Source: Syntrophorhabdaceae bacterium (GTDB lineage: Bacteria; Desulfobacterota; Syntrophorhabdia; Syntrophorhabdales; Syntrophorhabdaceae). Taken from it: DNA of 64,000 nucleotides. The notes beneath the pieces were generated by a model, which was given only the letters and a program-made list of their open reading frames with translations, had not been told where the DNA came from and ran no database searches. Positions 1 to 10,017 of the stretch are shown piece after piece. The position numbers and the translations under genes are program-made. Where the stretch lies: positions 3,264,001 to 3,328,000 of the forward strand of contig OY762209.1 of assembly GCA_963665295.1 (NCBI GenBank), written 5' to 3'. The first letter of the stretch is position 1, and the number at the start of each line of letters is the position of its first letter.

Positions 1-393
1 AGCCTTACCGCCCACGACTGCGGAACGCCGATCAACCACCTGGGCCTTATCGGCCAGTTGGAAGGAGCATTCTCCATGGCAGCCGGCTACGGCTACCTTG
101 AGTATATGCCCTACGAAGACGGCAAGCTTATGAATCCGAACCTGGTTGACTACAAGATGATCAGGGCAACGGAGATGCCGCATACCCCGATCGCCGAGAT
201 CGATGTCTACGAGCCGGAGGGACCGTACGGCGCGAAGGAAGCAGGCGAAGGTCTGACCAACCCGACGGCAGCCGCGATCGGAAATGCAATTTTCAACACC
301 CTCGGCATTCAGATGAAGGAGTGCCCGATCAGGCCGCACATGATCGTGGAAGCCCTTGCAGAAAAGGCAGCGAAAGAGAAAGCGGGAAAGTGA
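1..393 (+). CDS. Xanthine dehydrogenase/aldehyde oxidoreductase family molybdopterin-binding large subunit, C-terminal part (5' end outside window)
   Basis: Frame is open from base 1 (AHDCGTPIN..GQLEG); motifs NPNLVDYK, GPYGAKEAGE and AAAIGNAI are typical of the Mo-hydroxylase large-subunit C-terminus. Confidence 0.9.
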   Translation, partial: SLTAHDCGTPINHLGLIGQLEGAFSMAAGYGYLEYMPYEDGKLMNPNLVDYKMIRATEMPHTPIAEIDVYEPEGPYGAKEAGEGLTNPTAAAIGNAIFNTLGIQMKECPIRPHMIVEALAEKAAKEKAGK

Positions 394-425
394 GAAAATA
401 CCCAATTGCGTAAAGGAGGTATACA

Positions 426-659
426 ATGGCAATAGAATTAAGATTTAAGTGCCCCGTATGTGGCAAGCAGTACGAAGTGAGCTTGCAGGTGGCACGGCAT
501 ATATTCGGAACCGGCGACAAGAAACATCGTGACTGGGTTGATTCTCAGGGCGTGAACTTCAAAGACCTTCTGGTTAACCAGGCCTTGAATCCCGGCAATG
601 AGAGCTATCAGGTCGTGGCCGACCTTGTAGAGAAGGCACAGGCAAGCCTGAAGAAGTGA
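426..659 (+). CDS. Small hypothetical protein with C2H2-like Zn-finger (CPVC...H...H)
   Basis: Strong RBS AAGGAGGT; 77 aa; lies in operon between the Mo-subunit and the CoxG-like gene. Confidence 0.75.
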   Translation: MAIELRFKCPVCGKQYEVSLQVARHIFGTGDKKHRDWVDSQGVNFKDLLVNQALNPGNESYQVVADLVEKAQASLKK

Positions 660-685
660 GTATTCTTTGAATAGAGGAGGCTTTC

Positions 686-1138
686 ATGATAATTGAAGGT
701 GGATTCACACTCAAAGCGCCGATCGACAAGCTGTATGATTTCCTTATGCAGCCTGAGACCGTCATGACGTGCATACCGGGCACTGAGTCGGTCAAAATTA
801 TCGATGACAAGAGCTTTGAGAGCGTGGTGAAACAGCGCGTGGGTATCATCTCCGTGAAGTTGAAGTTCGTAACGAAGGTGGTCAAGGTCGAGAGACCGAC
901 ACATGCAGAGTTTGAGGGCGAAGGCGAGGACATGACGAAGCTTGGACACTTCAAGCAGAAGACCGAGCTTAACCTGAAAGAAGTGGCTCCCGGCGAAGTC
1001 GAGTTCTCCTACAAAGTAGATGTGGCAATCGTGGGAAAACTGGCAATGTTCGGCGACCGCGTTATGAAGCAGAAAGCGAAAGACACAGAGAAGGCGTTCA
1101 CCGCTAACCTCCAGGAAAAACTGAAGGGTATGGCGTAA
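686..1138 (+). CDS. CoxG/SRPBCC family protein
   Basis: 150 aa; pattern CIPG...V.G.LA.FG.R; RBS GAGGAGG; Mo-hydroxylase context. Confidence 0.85.
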   Translation: MIIEGGFTLKAPIDKLYDFLMQPETVMTCIPGTESVKIIDDKSFESVVKQRVGIISVKLKFVTKVVKVERPTHAEFEGEGEDMTKLGHFKQKTELNLKEVAPGEVEFSYKVDVAIVGKLAMFGDRVMKQKAKDTEKAFTANLQEKLKGMA

Positions 1139-1164
1139 GAAACCTTTTCTACGAAGGGTAGCGA

Positions 1165-1198
1165 GCAAGAGGGTTTCCCAAAAGGGAAACCCTCTTGC
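1165..1198. terminator. Hairpin, probable terminator of the Mo-hydroxylase operon
   Basis: GCAAGAGGGTTTCCC-aaaa-GGGAAACCCTCTTGC, a perfect 15-bp stem. Confidence 0.7.
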
Positions 1199-1375
1199 AC
1201 AGATTGTCCAGTCCTGCAGGGGTAACCTGTGGGCGTTCGTGTTTTGCGTGCTGGAAGGCCCTTGCCCTATGGTTGTCGGGTCTTGCATCCGTGACCATAG
1301 ACCGTGGACACACGAATAGTGCATTATGCAATGGTAGCATTGACTGGAACAGTGGAACGGCGGTAGACTGAGTGT

Positions 1376-2737
1376 ATGAGCGGCATGAAGGATAGGGACA
1401 TCATCCTCGATTCGATCAACGAGGGCGTTTTTACCGTCGATGAAGAGTGGCGGATTACCTCTTTTAACGCAGCGGCCGAGATCATTACGGGAATACCTCG
1501 TGGTGAGGCGATAGGCCGACGGTGCATGGATGTCTTTCATGCCAACATTTGCGAGAATGCCTGTGCTTTGCGACGCACCATGTCAGACGGGGAACCCGTG
1601 GCGAATGCCCTGGCCCATATAATAAATAACGGTGGTCGCCGTGTGCCCGTCCGGATATCTACTGCTTTGTTGAAAGATGACGAAGACCGCGTGATCGGCG
1701 GAGTCGAAACCTTTCACGATCTGAGCCAGGTGGAGGAACTGAAGAAGGAACTCCGGGGGCGCCACAGCTTTCAGGACATTATCGGTCGGAGCCAACCCAT
1801 GGCACGCCTTTTCGATCTGGTGCCGAGGATAGCCGAAAGCGTCAGCACCGTTCTGATCGAGGGGGCAAGCGGGACGGGAAAGGAGCTTTTTGCACGGGCA
1901 GTCCACAATCTCTCGAATAGAAAACAGACGCGGTTCGTGGCGGTTAACTGCGGCGCCCTGCCGGACACGCTTCTTGAGAGCGAGTTGTTCGGATATAAAG
2001 CGGGGGCGTTTACCGATGCCCGCCGGGACAAGGCCGGCCGCTTTGCCCTAGCGGAGGGGGGGACCATTTTTCTCGACGAGATCGGTGATATTTCGTCTGC
2101 GATGCAGGTGCGCCTGCTGCGGGTCCTTCAGGAAAGGGTGATAGAGCCTCTCGGGGGGGTGGAGCCGGTTAAGGTGAATGTCAGGATAGTGGCGGCGACC
2201 AACAGAAACCTGGCCGATCTCGTGAAGGCCGGTTTGTTCCGTGAAGACCTGTACTACCGCATCCGGGTGATCCACCTCGTGCTGCCGAGCCTGAGAGAGA
2301 GGCGCGAAGATATTCCCCTCCTCGTGGATTATCTCGTGACAAAGCTCAACCACCTCCAGGGGAAGGATGTCGCAGGGGTTTCCGCCGAGGTAATGGCAAG
2401 GCTGATGGAACACGATTTTCCGGGCAACGTGCGGGAACTGGAAAACATCATCGAACAGGCTTTCGTGTTGTGCCGCGGCGGGTTGATCGAAATGAACCAT
2501 TTACCCCCGGAACTTCGGCCTCCAGGAGTGCTTGGCCCTGATGACCACATGTCGATGACCATTGCCTCGATGGAGAGGCAGCTCATAGCGTCCACCCTCG
2601 GTCGCAATCATGGTAACCGCAGGAAAACGGCTACCGATCTTGGCATCAATACGAGCACACTTTTTCGCAAGATCAGGTCATACGGCCTGGATGCCCCGCC
2701 TTTTGACGGCCGCAGGAGAGGGGATGCGAGCCGGTAG
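1376..2737 (+). CDS. PAS-domain sigma-54-dependent transcriptional activator
   Basis: N-terminal PAS; GASGTGKE Walker A; ESELFG; GAFTDA; FLDEIG; C-terminal Fis-type HTH. Confidence 0.95.
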   Translation: MSGMKDRDIILDSINEGVFTVDEEWRITSFNAAAEIITGIPRGEAIGRRCMDVFHANICENACALRRTMSDGEPVANALAHIINNGGRRVPVRISTALLKDDEDRVIGGVETFHDLSQVEELKKELRGRHSFQDIIGRSQPMARLFDLVPRIAESVSTVLIEGASGTGKELFARAVHNLSNRKQTRFVAVNCGALPDTLLESELFGYKAGAFTDARRDKAGRFALAEGGTIFLDEIGDISSAMQVRLLRVLQERVIEPLGGVEPVKVNVRIVAATNRNLADLVKAGLFREDLYYRIRVIHLVLPSLRERREDIPLLVDYLVTKLNHLQGKDVAGVSAEVMARLMEHDFPGNVRELENIIEQAFVLCRGGLIEMNHLPPELRPPGVLGPDDHMSMTIASMERQLIASTLGRNHGNRRKTATDLGINTSTLFRKIRSYGLDAPPFDGRRRGDASR

Positions 2738-2852
2738 ATCGGAAATGCTTGATCCTGCACCCCAACCTTTCGAAAACGATTGCCGACCCGCAGGGGCGCC
2801 GTTCACTTGGATCTCTGCAGTACTAAAGGTTTGGGAACAGGGGGCAAATTAG

Positions 2853-3827
2853 ATGTTGGTGGATCGTTTTGACCGGGCAATAAATTACATAAGAATTTCC
2901 GTGACCGACAGGTGCAACCTGAGGTGCAGGTATTGCGTGGACGGTCAGTTTCCCTTTATCGCTCACGGTGAGATACTGAGGTACGAGGAGATTATCAGGT
3001 TCGTGCGTATATGCGCGGGCCTGGGCGTCAATAAGGTGCGGATTACCGGTGGCGAGCCTCTCGTGAGAAAGGGCATCCCTTATCTCATAAAAGAGATAGG
3101 GTCTATCCCCGGAATCACGGACATGGGCCTTACCACGAACGGGGTGTTTCTCGGTGTCCAGATGGCCGCCCTTCAAGAGGCAGGCTTAAAGAGGGTCAAT
3201 GTAAGTCTCGACACCATGAAGAAAGACAGGTTCGCCTTCATTACCGGGGTCGACGCCTTCGACGAAGTGCTGAAAAGCATTAAAATGTCCGTTAATTCGG
3301 GTCTGAGCCCTGTGAAGATCAACGCGGTGATTATCCAGGGCTTTAACGACGACGAAATTTTCGACTTCGCAAGGCTTGCCAAAACCAGGAATGTGGAGAT
3401 CCGTTTTATCGAGTTTATGCCGTTTGGGGAGATGGACCTCTGGCAAAGCGCAAAAATAATTACCTCCCGGGAGATAGAAACACTCGTGCGCACCAGGTAC
3501 GAGCTTTCCCCCTCCGCCGCTTCACAGGACGGTCCCGCAAAAATGTTCGATATAAAGGGCGGCGTGGGCAAGATCGGCTTCATCAGCCCCGTCTCGACCC
3601 ACATCTGTAGTCAATGCAACCGGATGAGGCTCACCTCCCATGGTACTATAAAGCCGTGTCTTTTCGGGGACGAGGAGTATGATGCGAGGACCATGCTCCG
3701 GGAGGGTGCGCCGGATGAGGAGATCCGCGCCTTTGTGAGGGAAACGGTAAGGGCTAAGCCGGAACGGAAGGCGGAGATGGGCCGGATAAGGAAGTGTCAG
3801 GGGAGCCTTCGCCATATCGGGGGATAG
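2853..3827 (+). CDS. moaA: GTP 3',8-cyclase (radical SAM, Moco biosynthesis)
   Basis: RISVTDRCNLRCRYC; C-terminal CxxCNR...C cluster; terminal IGG. Confidence 0.95.
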   Translation: MLVDRFDRAINYIRISVTDRCNLRCRYCVDGQFPFIAHGEILRYEEIIRFVRICAGLGVNKVRITGGEPLVRKGIPYLIKEIGSIPGITDMGLTTNGVFLGVQMAALQEAGLKRVNVSLDTMKKDRFAFITGVDAFDEVLKSIKMSVNSGLSPVKINAVIIQGFNDDEIFDFARLAKTRNVEIRFIEFMPFGEMDLWQSAKIITSREIETLVRTRYELSPSAASQDGPAKMFDIKGGVGKIGFISPVSTHICSQCNRMRLTSHGTIKPCLFGDEEYDARTMLREGAPDEEIRAFVRETVRAKPERKAEMGRIRKCQGSLRHIGG

Positions 3828-3878
3828 CACAAAAGAGAGCCCGGGAACGGGCGATTTCGAGTAAGGAGCGCATAATAT

Positions 3879-4349
3879 ATGGAACTTACCCACATAGATA
3901 AGGACGGCAAGGCGCGCATGGTCGACGTCTCGGGGAAGCAGGAAACCGAGAGGGAGGCGAAGGCGGCAGGCAAGGTAAGGATGGCCAGGGCCACCTATGA
4001 CCTCGTAAGAACGGGTCGGGGTCCGAAGGGCGACATCTTTACCGTGGCCAAGATAGCGGGCATCATGGGCGCCAAGAGGACCCACGAGATGATCCCCTTA
4101 TGCCACCCCCTTCCGCTGACCCATATAGACGTGAGTTTCGACTTCGATGATCCGGAAGGGGTCGTGAACATAACCGCCACAGCAAAAACAAAAGGCCAGA
4201 CCGGAGTGGAGATGGAGGCCCTCACCTGCGCCATGGTGACCGCCCTCACTTTTTATGATATGTGTAAAGCCGTGGACAAAGGCATCGAGCTGGGGCCTTT
4301 TTTTCTCCTTGAAAAGAGCGGGGGAAAGAGCGGAAAATATACGAGATAG
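3879..4349 (+). CDS. moaC: Cyclic pyranopterin monophosphate synthase
   Basis: LTHID...MVDVS, IPLCHP, TGVEMEAL, YDMCKAVD, KSGGKSG. Confidence 0.97.
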   Translation: MELTHIDKDGKARMVDVSGKQETEREAKAAGKVRMARATYDLVRTGRGPKGDIFTVAKIAGIMGAKRTHEMIPLCHPLPLTHIDVSFDFDDPEGVVNITATAKTKGQTGVEMEALTCAMVTALTFYDMCKAVDKGIELGPFFLLEKSGGKSGKYTR

Positions 4350-4450
4350 GAAGCGATCATGAGTTTTGGCCCTGCCGCTTAGCCATATGGCTGAAGTGGT
4401 GGAACTGCCCTGTCCCGCTGGGCCGTTCCACCACATAAGATATCAGGAGG

Positions 4451-5287
4451 ATGACCCATTTGAATGTCGAATTGTTAAGATGCGTATATTTTTCTCCCAC
4501 GGGAACGACCGGGGCAATCGTAAAAGCAATAGCACCGGGCCTTGGAAGTCTCAGGACAACAATGGTGAACCGCACAAGAAAAGCTGCAAGGGACGGGGAG
4601 ACCCGGGCTTTTCGAAATGAAGTTGTCATCCTTGCATCTCCCGTCTACTATGGGCGACTGCCGGAGACCGTGGCCCGCTACTACTCTACGCTCTCGGCCG
4701 AAAATACCCCCGCCCTGATCGTGGTTGTGTACGGGAACCGGGCCTACGATGACGCCTTGAGGGAATTATACGACATAGCGACGGCAAGGGGATTCATTCC
4801 CGTTGCAGGGGCTGCCTTTATCGGAGAGCATTCCTATTCTTCGGCGGACCAGCCCATCGCCGCAGGCAGACCGGACGGAGAAGACCTCATGAAGGCCCGG
4901 AAATTCGGCGCCCTGGTCCGGAAGAAGCTGGATGGCCTTGATTCTCTGAAGGCTATGGAACGCCTCGTTGTTCCCGGAAACGTCCCGTACAGGGAACCGG
5001 ACGGCCTTTATCAAGTGAAGAAATTGAGGCAAACCGCCGCTTTCACGCCCGAAACCGACGCATCCCTCTGCACCCGGTGCGACCTGTGCGCTCAGGTCTG
5101 TCCCACGGCGGCCCTCGACCCCGACAACCTCGCAAAGACGAATAAGGAGGAATGCATCCTCTGTTTCCAGTGTGTCAAGGTGTGTCCCGTAGGGGTACGA
5201 AGGATGGAGGACATGTCTTCCAGCCCCGTGGTGAAGCGCATTTATGAGACCTGCCGGGAGAGAAAAGAGCCCGAATACTATCTCTGA
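4451..5287 (+). CDS. Flavodoxin-like plus 2x[4Fe-4S] ferredoxin protein (EFR1-like)
   Basis: YFSPTGTT, VYGNRAYDDAL, two CxxCxxCxxxCP motifs. Confidence 0.9.
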   Translation: MTHLNVELLRCVYFSPTGTTGAIVKAIAPGLGSLRTTMVNRTRKAARDGETRAFRNEVVILASPVYYGRLPETVARYYSTLSAENTPALIVVVYGNRAYDDALRELYDIATARGFIPVAGAAFIGEHSYSSADQPIAAGRPDGEDLMKARKFGALVRKKLDGLDSLKAMERLVVPGNVPYREPDGLYQVKKLRQTAAFTPETDASLCTRCDLCAQVCPTAALDPDNLAKTNKEECILCFQCVKVCPVGVRRMEDMSSSPVVKRIYETCRERKEPEYYL

Positions 5288-5314
5288 AAAGGAGCTACGA
5301 CGGAGGATAAACCT

Positions 5315-7030
5315 ATGGCAAGACAAAACAAAGCAGAACGGAAAAAAATCATCGTAATCGGCGGTTCGGCCGCGGGGCCCAAGGCAGCGGCACGAGCAAG
5401 GCGCATGGACCAGGAGGCGGAGATCGTACTGATCCAGAAGGAGCCGGATCTCTCCATGGCCTCGTGCGGTTACCCCTACTACGTGGGTGGCTTTTTTGAT
5501 GACCGGAACCAGCTTCTCTCCACTTCCGCCGGGGTGATCAGGAACCCCGTATACTACCTCAATGCGAAAGGGATAGACGCGAGGACCCATACCGAGGCCA
5601 CGGAAATAGACAAGGGCGAAAAGACCGTGACGTGCAGAAGCCTCACCAGCGGTGAGACCGAGGTCCTCGAATACGACAAACTCATTATAGCCACGGGATC
5701 GCTCGCGAACATCCCGAATGTTCCCGGCAAGGACCTCAAGGGAATTACAACCCTTAAATCCATGGCGGACGCAGATTTCCTGAGACGGATACGGGACGAA
5801 GGCAGGGTAAAGCGGGCGGTTGTCGTCGGCGGAGGGCTCATCGGCATCGAAACATGTGAGGCCCTGCGTCTGGCGGGCATCGAGATTACCGTTATAGAGC
5901 TTCTTCCCCAGATACTCATGTTCCTTGACTGGCAGCTCGCAAAAATACTGGAGAACCACGTCAAAACCAAGGCCGCGAATGTGATTACCGGGAACGGCAT
6001 CGCACAGTTTCTCAGCGAAGACGGCGTTTTATCGGCGGTCAAGCTGGCGAACGGCACCGAACTGCCCTGTGAGCTTGCCGTGATCGCCGTGGGCGTGAGA
6101 CCGAACGCGGACCTGGCGCGCCGGGCCGGTCTCAGTTTGGGCGAAACCGGCGGCATAGTCGTGGACCCCTATATGCAAACGTCCGATTCCCACATATACG
6201 CGGCAGGTGACTGCACCGAGCAGTCTCATCTTATCACCGGGGGAGGGACCTACGCGCCCCTCGGGGACCTTGCAAACCTTGAGGGAAGAGTGGCGGGCGA
6301 GAATGCGGCGTTGGGCAACGTAGTAACTTTCCCGGGTACGGTCCAGTCCGGAATCTGCAAAATCTTCGACTATGCCGCGGGGTCCACAGGGTTATCGGAG
6401 GCCAAGGCCCGCGAGCTAGGCTATCAGGATATAACGAGCGTCGTGATCGCGGGCACGGATAAGCCGGGATTCATGAAGGGGAGGATGCTCATATCCAAGA
6501 TGGTGGTGGATAACAAATCTGAAAAGATAATCGGATTTCAGTGTATAGGCCAGGGCGACGTGAGCAAACAGGTGGCACAGGCCGCCATTGCAATACAGGC
6601 AAACATGGCCGTCAAGGACCTTGTGAACCTTGACCTCCCCTACGCCCCTCCCTTCACCCTTGCCATAGACAATTTCATTGTCTGCGCTCACGTGATTGAA
6701 AACAAGCTCAAGGGTCGCCTCAAGGGCATATCGGCCGAAGAGGTCAAGGGAAAGTACGACCGTCACGAAGGCATGTACCTTCTCGACGTGCGGGGCCCTG
6801 ATGAATTCGAGGCGACACGGCTGGGCATGGGAGAGACGCTTATCCCTCTTGGGGCTTTGAGAAAGAGGTTTGACGAGCTTCCTTCGGATAAGAACGAAGA
6901 GATAATAGTCTACTGCAAGATTTCTTTAAGGGGCTATGAAGCGGCACTCGTTTTGGAGGCTCACGGGTGGAGAAACGTGAAGGTGATGGAAGGCGGCATT
7001 GTGGCATGGCCCTATCCAAGAGAGAAGTAG
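5315..7030 (+). CDS. FAD-dependent pyridine nucleotide-disulfide oxidoreductase with C-terminal rhodanese domain (CoA-disulfide/persulfide reductase type)
   Basis: GGSAAG, ASCGYPYY, GGGLIG, YAPP; rhodanese features LDVR, YCKISLRG, MEGG. Confidence 0.9.
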   Translation: MARQNKAERKKIIVIGGSAAGPKAAARARRMDQEAEIVLIQKEPDLSMASCGYPYYVGGFFDDRNQLLSTSAGVIRNPVYYLNAKGIDARTHTEATEIDKGEKTVTCRSLTSGETEVLEYDKLIIATGSLANIPNVPGKDLKGITTLKSMADADFLRRIRDEGRVKRAVVVGGGLIGIETCEALRLAGIEITVIELLPQILMFLDWQLAKILENHVKTKAANVITGNGIAQFLSEDGVLSAVKLANGTELPCELAVIAVGVRPNADLARRAGLSLGETGGIVVDPYMQTSDSHIYAAGDCTEQSHLITGGGTYAPLGDLANLEGRVAGENAALGNVVTFPGTVQSGICKIFDYAAGSTGLSEAKARELGYQDITSVVIAGTDKPGFMKGRMLISKMVVDNKSEKIIGFQCIGQGDVSKQVAQAAIAIQANMAVKDLVNLDLPYAPPFTLAIDNFIVCAHVIENKLKGRLKGISAEEVKGKYDRHEGMYLLDVRGPDEFEATRLGMGETLIPLGALRKRFDELPSDKNEEIIVYCKISLRGYEAALVLEAHGWRNVKVMEGGIVAWPYPREK

Positions 7031-7056
7031 CCGATCCTACGAAAAGAGGAGGGATT

Positions 7057-7521
7057 ATGAAAAAGATTATTTGTGTCCTGTCGGTCTTCTTTGTTTTTGG
7101 TCTCACGCTGGTTTCTGTATCTTTTGCCCAAAGGGGGCAGATGGGCAAATGGCAGGGAAGCGGCGGCTGGGGTCCGGACGCACCCTACCAGCGGCTGTAT
7201 GACCCGGCCAAGGTGGAAACAATCACGGGAACGGTTGAGTCCGTGGAGAGGATAAAGCCAGATAAAGGCATGTATCCGGCGGTAACTCTCACGGTGAAGA
7301 CGGAGAAGGAGACGATACTCGTTCATCTGGGGCCGGCGTGGTATATCGGACGGCTGGATACCAAGATTGAAAAGGGAGATAAGCTGGAGATAAAAGGATC
7401 ACGGGTGACCTTCAACGGAAAGCCCGTCATCATAGCGGCGGAGATAAAGAAGGGCGAGAGCACCCTTGTCCTCCGGGACAGTGACGGCATTCCCGTGTGG
7501 GCAGGCTGGAGAAGAAAGTAA
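7057..7521 (+). CDS. Exported OB-fold-like hypothetical protein
   Basis: Signal peptide MKKII...SFA; YDP..VETITG.V, VHLGP.WY, LRD..G.PVW pattern; RBS GAGGAGG. Confidence 0.75.
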   Translation: MKKIICVLSVFFVFGLTLVSVSFAQRGQMGKWQGSGGWGPDAPYQRLYDPAKVETITGTVESVERIKPDKGMYPAVTLTVKTEKETILVHLGPAWYIGRLDTKIEKGDKLEIKGSRVTFNGKPVIIAAEIKKGESTLVLRDSDGIPVWAGWRRK

Positions 7522-7675
7522 CCGGGACAAGCCCGGGCGGCCCCACCTCGATGCGGTGTAGGGTCATCCGGGCTTAGAACAAAGCCCGGTTCACGGGCTG
7601 CTATGGTCCGCAAGGAGACAATTCGTTTATCAGACCAACCGGCATTCTGCAATGGTGCCGCCCCTGCCCGCCGGC

Positions 7676-8413
7676 TTACTTGCTTTCAAAGCCGTATTTT
7701 GCAATGATCCCCTTGGCCTTACCCGACTGCAGGAAGGAAGAGAAGCGCCCTACGTCGGGGTTTGCGGCACCCGAAGGGGTGACTCCCATCAAATATACGA
7801 TCCGGGAATGGTACGCGCGGGGCACGGAGAAAAGGATAACTACACGCGTTGCGAGCAAAGCATCAGTTCTGTAAACAAACGCACCGTCTACCTCGCCCCG
7901 TTCGGCATAGGTAAGGCATTCGCGGACATCGCGGGCCATGACGAGTTTTTTCTCCAGTTGTTTTTCTATTCCAGCTTTCCTGAGCGTCTCCATGGCATAT
8001 TCTCCCGCAGGCACGCTCCCGGGGCTGCCGATGGCAATCTTGTCCAGCCGCACGAGGTCTTCAACGCCCGCCGCCTTCGTGGTACGGGGCCCGATGAAAA
8101 CCAGCGTGCTGTATGCCACGGGGACGATGCTCCGTGGGTTCACATGCTTCTTTTCCTTGAGATACTCCATCCATTTCACGTCCGGAAAAATGACCATGTC
8201 AAGAGCTGCGCCACTGTCGAGCTGTTTTGCAAGCACCCCAGCCGCCGCATAGTTTTTTACGACGTTGATCGACGGGTTTTCCTCCACGAAGGCGACGGAA
8301 AGCTCATTGACGACTTCCCTTAGACCGACCCCGGCCCCCACCTTTATCTCTCCCGCCAATGCGGAAAAAGGGAGGAAGAGGAGCATTGCTGCGGATAAAA
8401 TGTGTTTCATCAT
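7676..8413 (-). CDS. modA: Molybdate ABC transporter substrate-binding protein
   Basis: Signal peptide; SVPAGEYA, GEVDGAFVYRTDA; no modBC adjacent. Confidence 0.9.
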   Translation of the reverse strand: MMKHILSAAMLLFLPFSALAGEIKVGAGVGLREVVNELSVAFVEENPSINVVKNYAAAGVLAKQLDSGAALDMVIFPDVKWMEYLKEKKHVNPRSIVPVAYSTLVFIGPRTTKAAGVEDLVRLDKIAIGSPGSVPAGEYAMETLRKAGIEKQLEKKLVMARDVRECLTYAERGEVDGAFVYRTDALLATRVVILFSVPRAYHSRIVYLMGVTPSGAANPDVGRFSSFLQSGKAKGIIAKYGFESK

Positions 8414-8512
8414 AGAGCCTCCCCTAAGCCGGCCAACATGAGGTCGAGCATGCTCTCTGACCGCTACCCAGAGATCGCGTTCGTCACGGGGACCTGCCTT
8501 CCTACGGTAACT

Positions 8513-8788
8513 TCAGTGGCAGCGAACACACGGCAGATCGTAGCAGTCGTCTTCGCACATCCATGACCCGCCCTCTGCATCTTCCGGCCTGAAGGGCAGG
8601 ACTACATACCTGAGCTTATCCGTCTGTTCAACAACCTCCACATTAAGGCCTGCCGGCACAGTGATCCCGTATTCCTCCAATACCGCCTTGGGGTCTGCAA
8701 GGAACCTCTCCCGGAAGGACTCATCGCTGCAGGCCTTTTCAATTACCTTCGCCATTTTGCTTCTGTGTTCTCCTATTTCTTCTTTCAT
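8513..8788 (-). CDS. NHLP (nitrile-hydratase-like leader peptide) family RiPP precursor
   Basis: Leader signature KA..D..FR.R.L.DPKA.L...G...P....V.VVE......YVVLP; Gly-Gly followed by Cys-rich core SWMCEDDCYDLPCVRCH; RBS AAGGAG. Confidence 0.85.
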   Translation of the reverse strand: MKEEIGEHRSKMAKVIEKACSDESFRERFLADPKAVLEEYGITVPAGLNVEVVEQTDKLRYVVLPFRPEDAEGGSWMCEDDCYDLPCVRCH

Positions 8789-9062
8789 CTTGCTCCTTTA
8801 TGAAATTCATCAAGAGTCTAAGGAAAAGTCGGTTCAACATGTGGTCTGCCCATTTCTATTGATATGCGTAATTCACGCAGGGAAAGATTCCTTGCTTCAG
8901 CAATATCTCGCTGCATTTGGTGCGTCACGGCACGATCCTCCACCTCCATCATGTCCGTTCAGGCCGGTCGGGACTTATGGCAAGCCCCGGCCTTAGCTCT
9001 TTACTTGAACACCCGCGGAGACGGTGTATGGGCTGTGAATGTAGTAATGGGGCGAGACTGTC

Positions 9063-9296
9063 CTAACCCCCGCAGCAGTGTCCAGGGCTGTCACACGAGC
9101 CTGGTGCACCACAGCATCCCCCCGAAGGAGGACCGAACGAAGAGGACGGCCCGCCCATGGAGATATTCGGCGCAGACATGAGCTTCGAAAGCTCCGGGCT
9201 GCCGCAGCTCTTGCATGACAGGCCCTCTTCCTTCCCCAACACCAGAATTTCGTTCACCGCGCCACACTTCTCGCAACGGTATTCATAGATCGGCAT
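9063..9296 (-). CDS. FmdB-family zinc-ribbon protein
   Basis: MPIYEYRCEKCG...CKSCGS; Cys/Gly-rich tail. Confidence 0.9.
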   Translation of the reverse strand: MPIYEYRCEKCGAVNEILVLGKEEGLSCKSCGSPELSKLMSAPNISMGGPSSSFGPPSGGCCGAPGSCDSPGHCCGG

Positions 9297-9334
9297 TTTC
9301 GCCTCCTTTGTGAGTCTTTTCGGCCATTGAAGCC

Positions 9335-9715
9335 TTAATGAGCGCAGCCGCCATCCTGGCTATGTCCTGCGCAGGCGTGCTGCATGGTGAGTTCCGGGAG
9401 CCCGGTGGTCGTGAGCAGGTCCAGGTTCTCTTTGACCGTGGGGGCCATTGCCCTGTAGACCGTAATGCCCTTCGAGTTGAGCCCTCTTATTGCTCCGGCT
9501 CCTATTCCGCCGACAACGACCGCATCCACATCCTGACCACCCATGGCCATAATGGGGTTGCATGCGCCATGGACATGGTCCATATCCGCATTGTTCACGG
9601 TCCGCGACTCGTCCGCGGCGGTATCGATAACGATGAATGCCGGCGCTGAACCGAAATGGTTGTAGACCATACTCTGAATGCCCTCATCCTTCTGCACTGC
9701 AAAACATACTTTCAT
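9335..9715 (-). CDS. NifB/NifX-family Fe-Mo cofactor-binding domain protein
   Basis: HFGSAPAF, VVGGIGAGA, Cys/His tail. Confidence 0.85.
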   Translation of the reverse strand: MKVCFAVQKDEGIQSMVYNHFGSAPAFIVIDTAADESRTVNNADMDHVHGACNPIMAMGGQDVDAVVVGGIGAGAIRGLNSKGITVYRAMAPTVKENLDLLTTTGLPELTMQHACAGHSQDGGCAH

Positions 9716-10011
9716 ATTGTGACCTCCGGTTCGTTTGTTATTTCTATTTTCAAGGCCTTGCCTTCGACAAGGGCCTCTGCCACCTTGCGCCGTGCTTCTC
9801 CTAAAATCCTGCTGAACGTTGGTCTTGATACGCTCATTTTCATAGCGGCCTGCTCATGATACAAACCTTCGTGATCGGCAAGCCTTACCGCTTCCAGCTC
9901 ATCAGCGTTGATGCATACCACTTCCAGATCCACAAGACGTATGCCCCTTGGCTTAAAGTAGGGCACATTGGATCGGCACTCCACACATCTATGTTTCTTG
10001 GGTCTCGGCAT
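9712..10011 (-). CDS. DUF134 family putative DNA-binding protein
   Basis: MPRPKK.R...FKP.G; DELEA.RL.D; AA..M.VSR.TF.RIL..AR.KVA.ALV.GK. Confidence 0.92.
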   Translation of the reverse strand: MPRPKKHRCVECRSNVPYFKPRGIRLVDLEVVCINADELEAVRLADHEGLYHEQAAMKMSVSRPTFSRILGEARRKVAEALVEGKALKIEITNEPEVTI

Positions 10012-10017
10012 GTGTAT

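Noticed and set aside
4766..5959. Long antisense ORFs (also 608-1540, 19437-20534, 36944-37918, 61572-62453)
   Set aside because: Shadows of well-supported genes on the opposite strand with no recognisable motifs.
7057..7521. Magnetosome (MamS/MamX-like) interpretation of the OB-fold protein
   Set aside because: No other mam genes nearby; the domain also occurs in non-magnetotactic bacteria.
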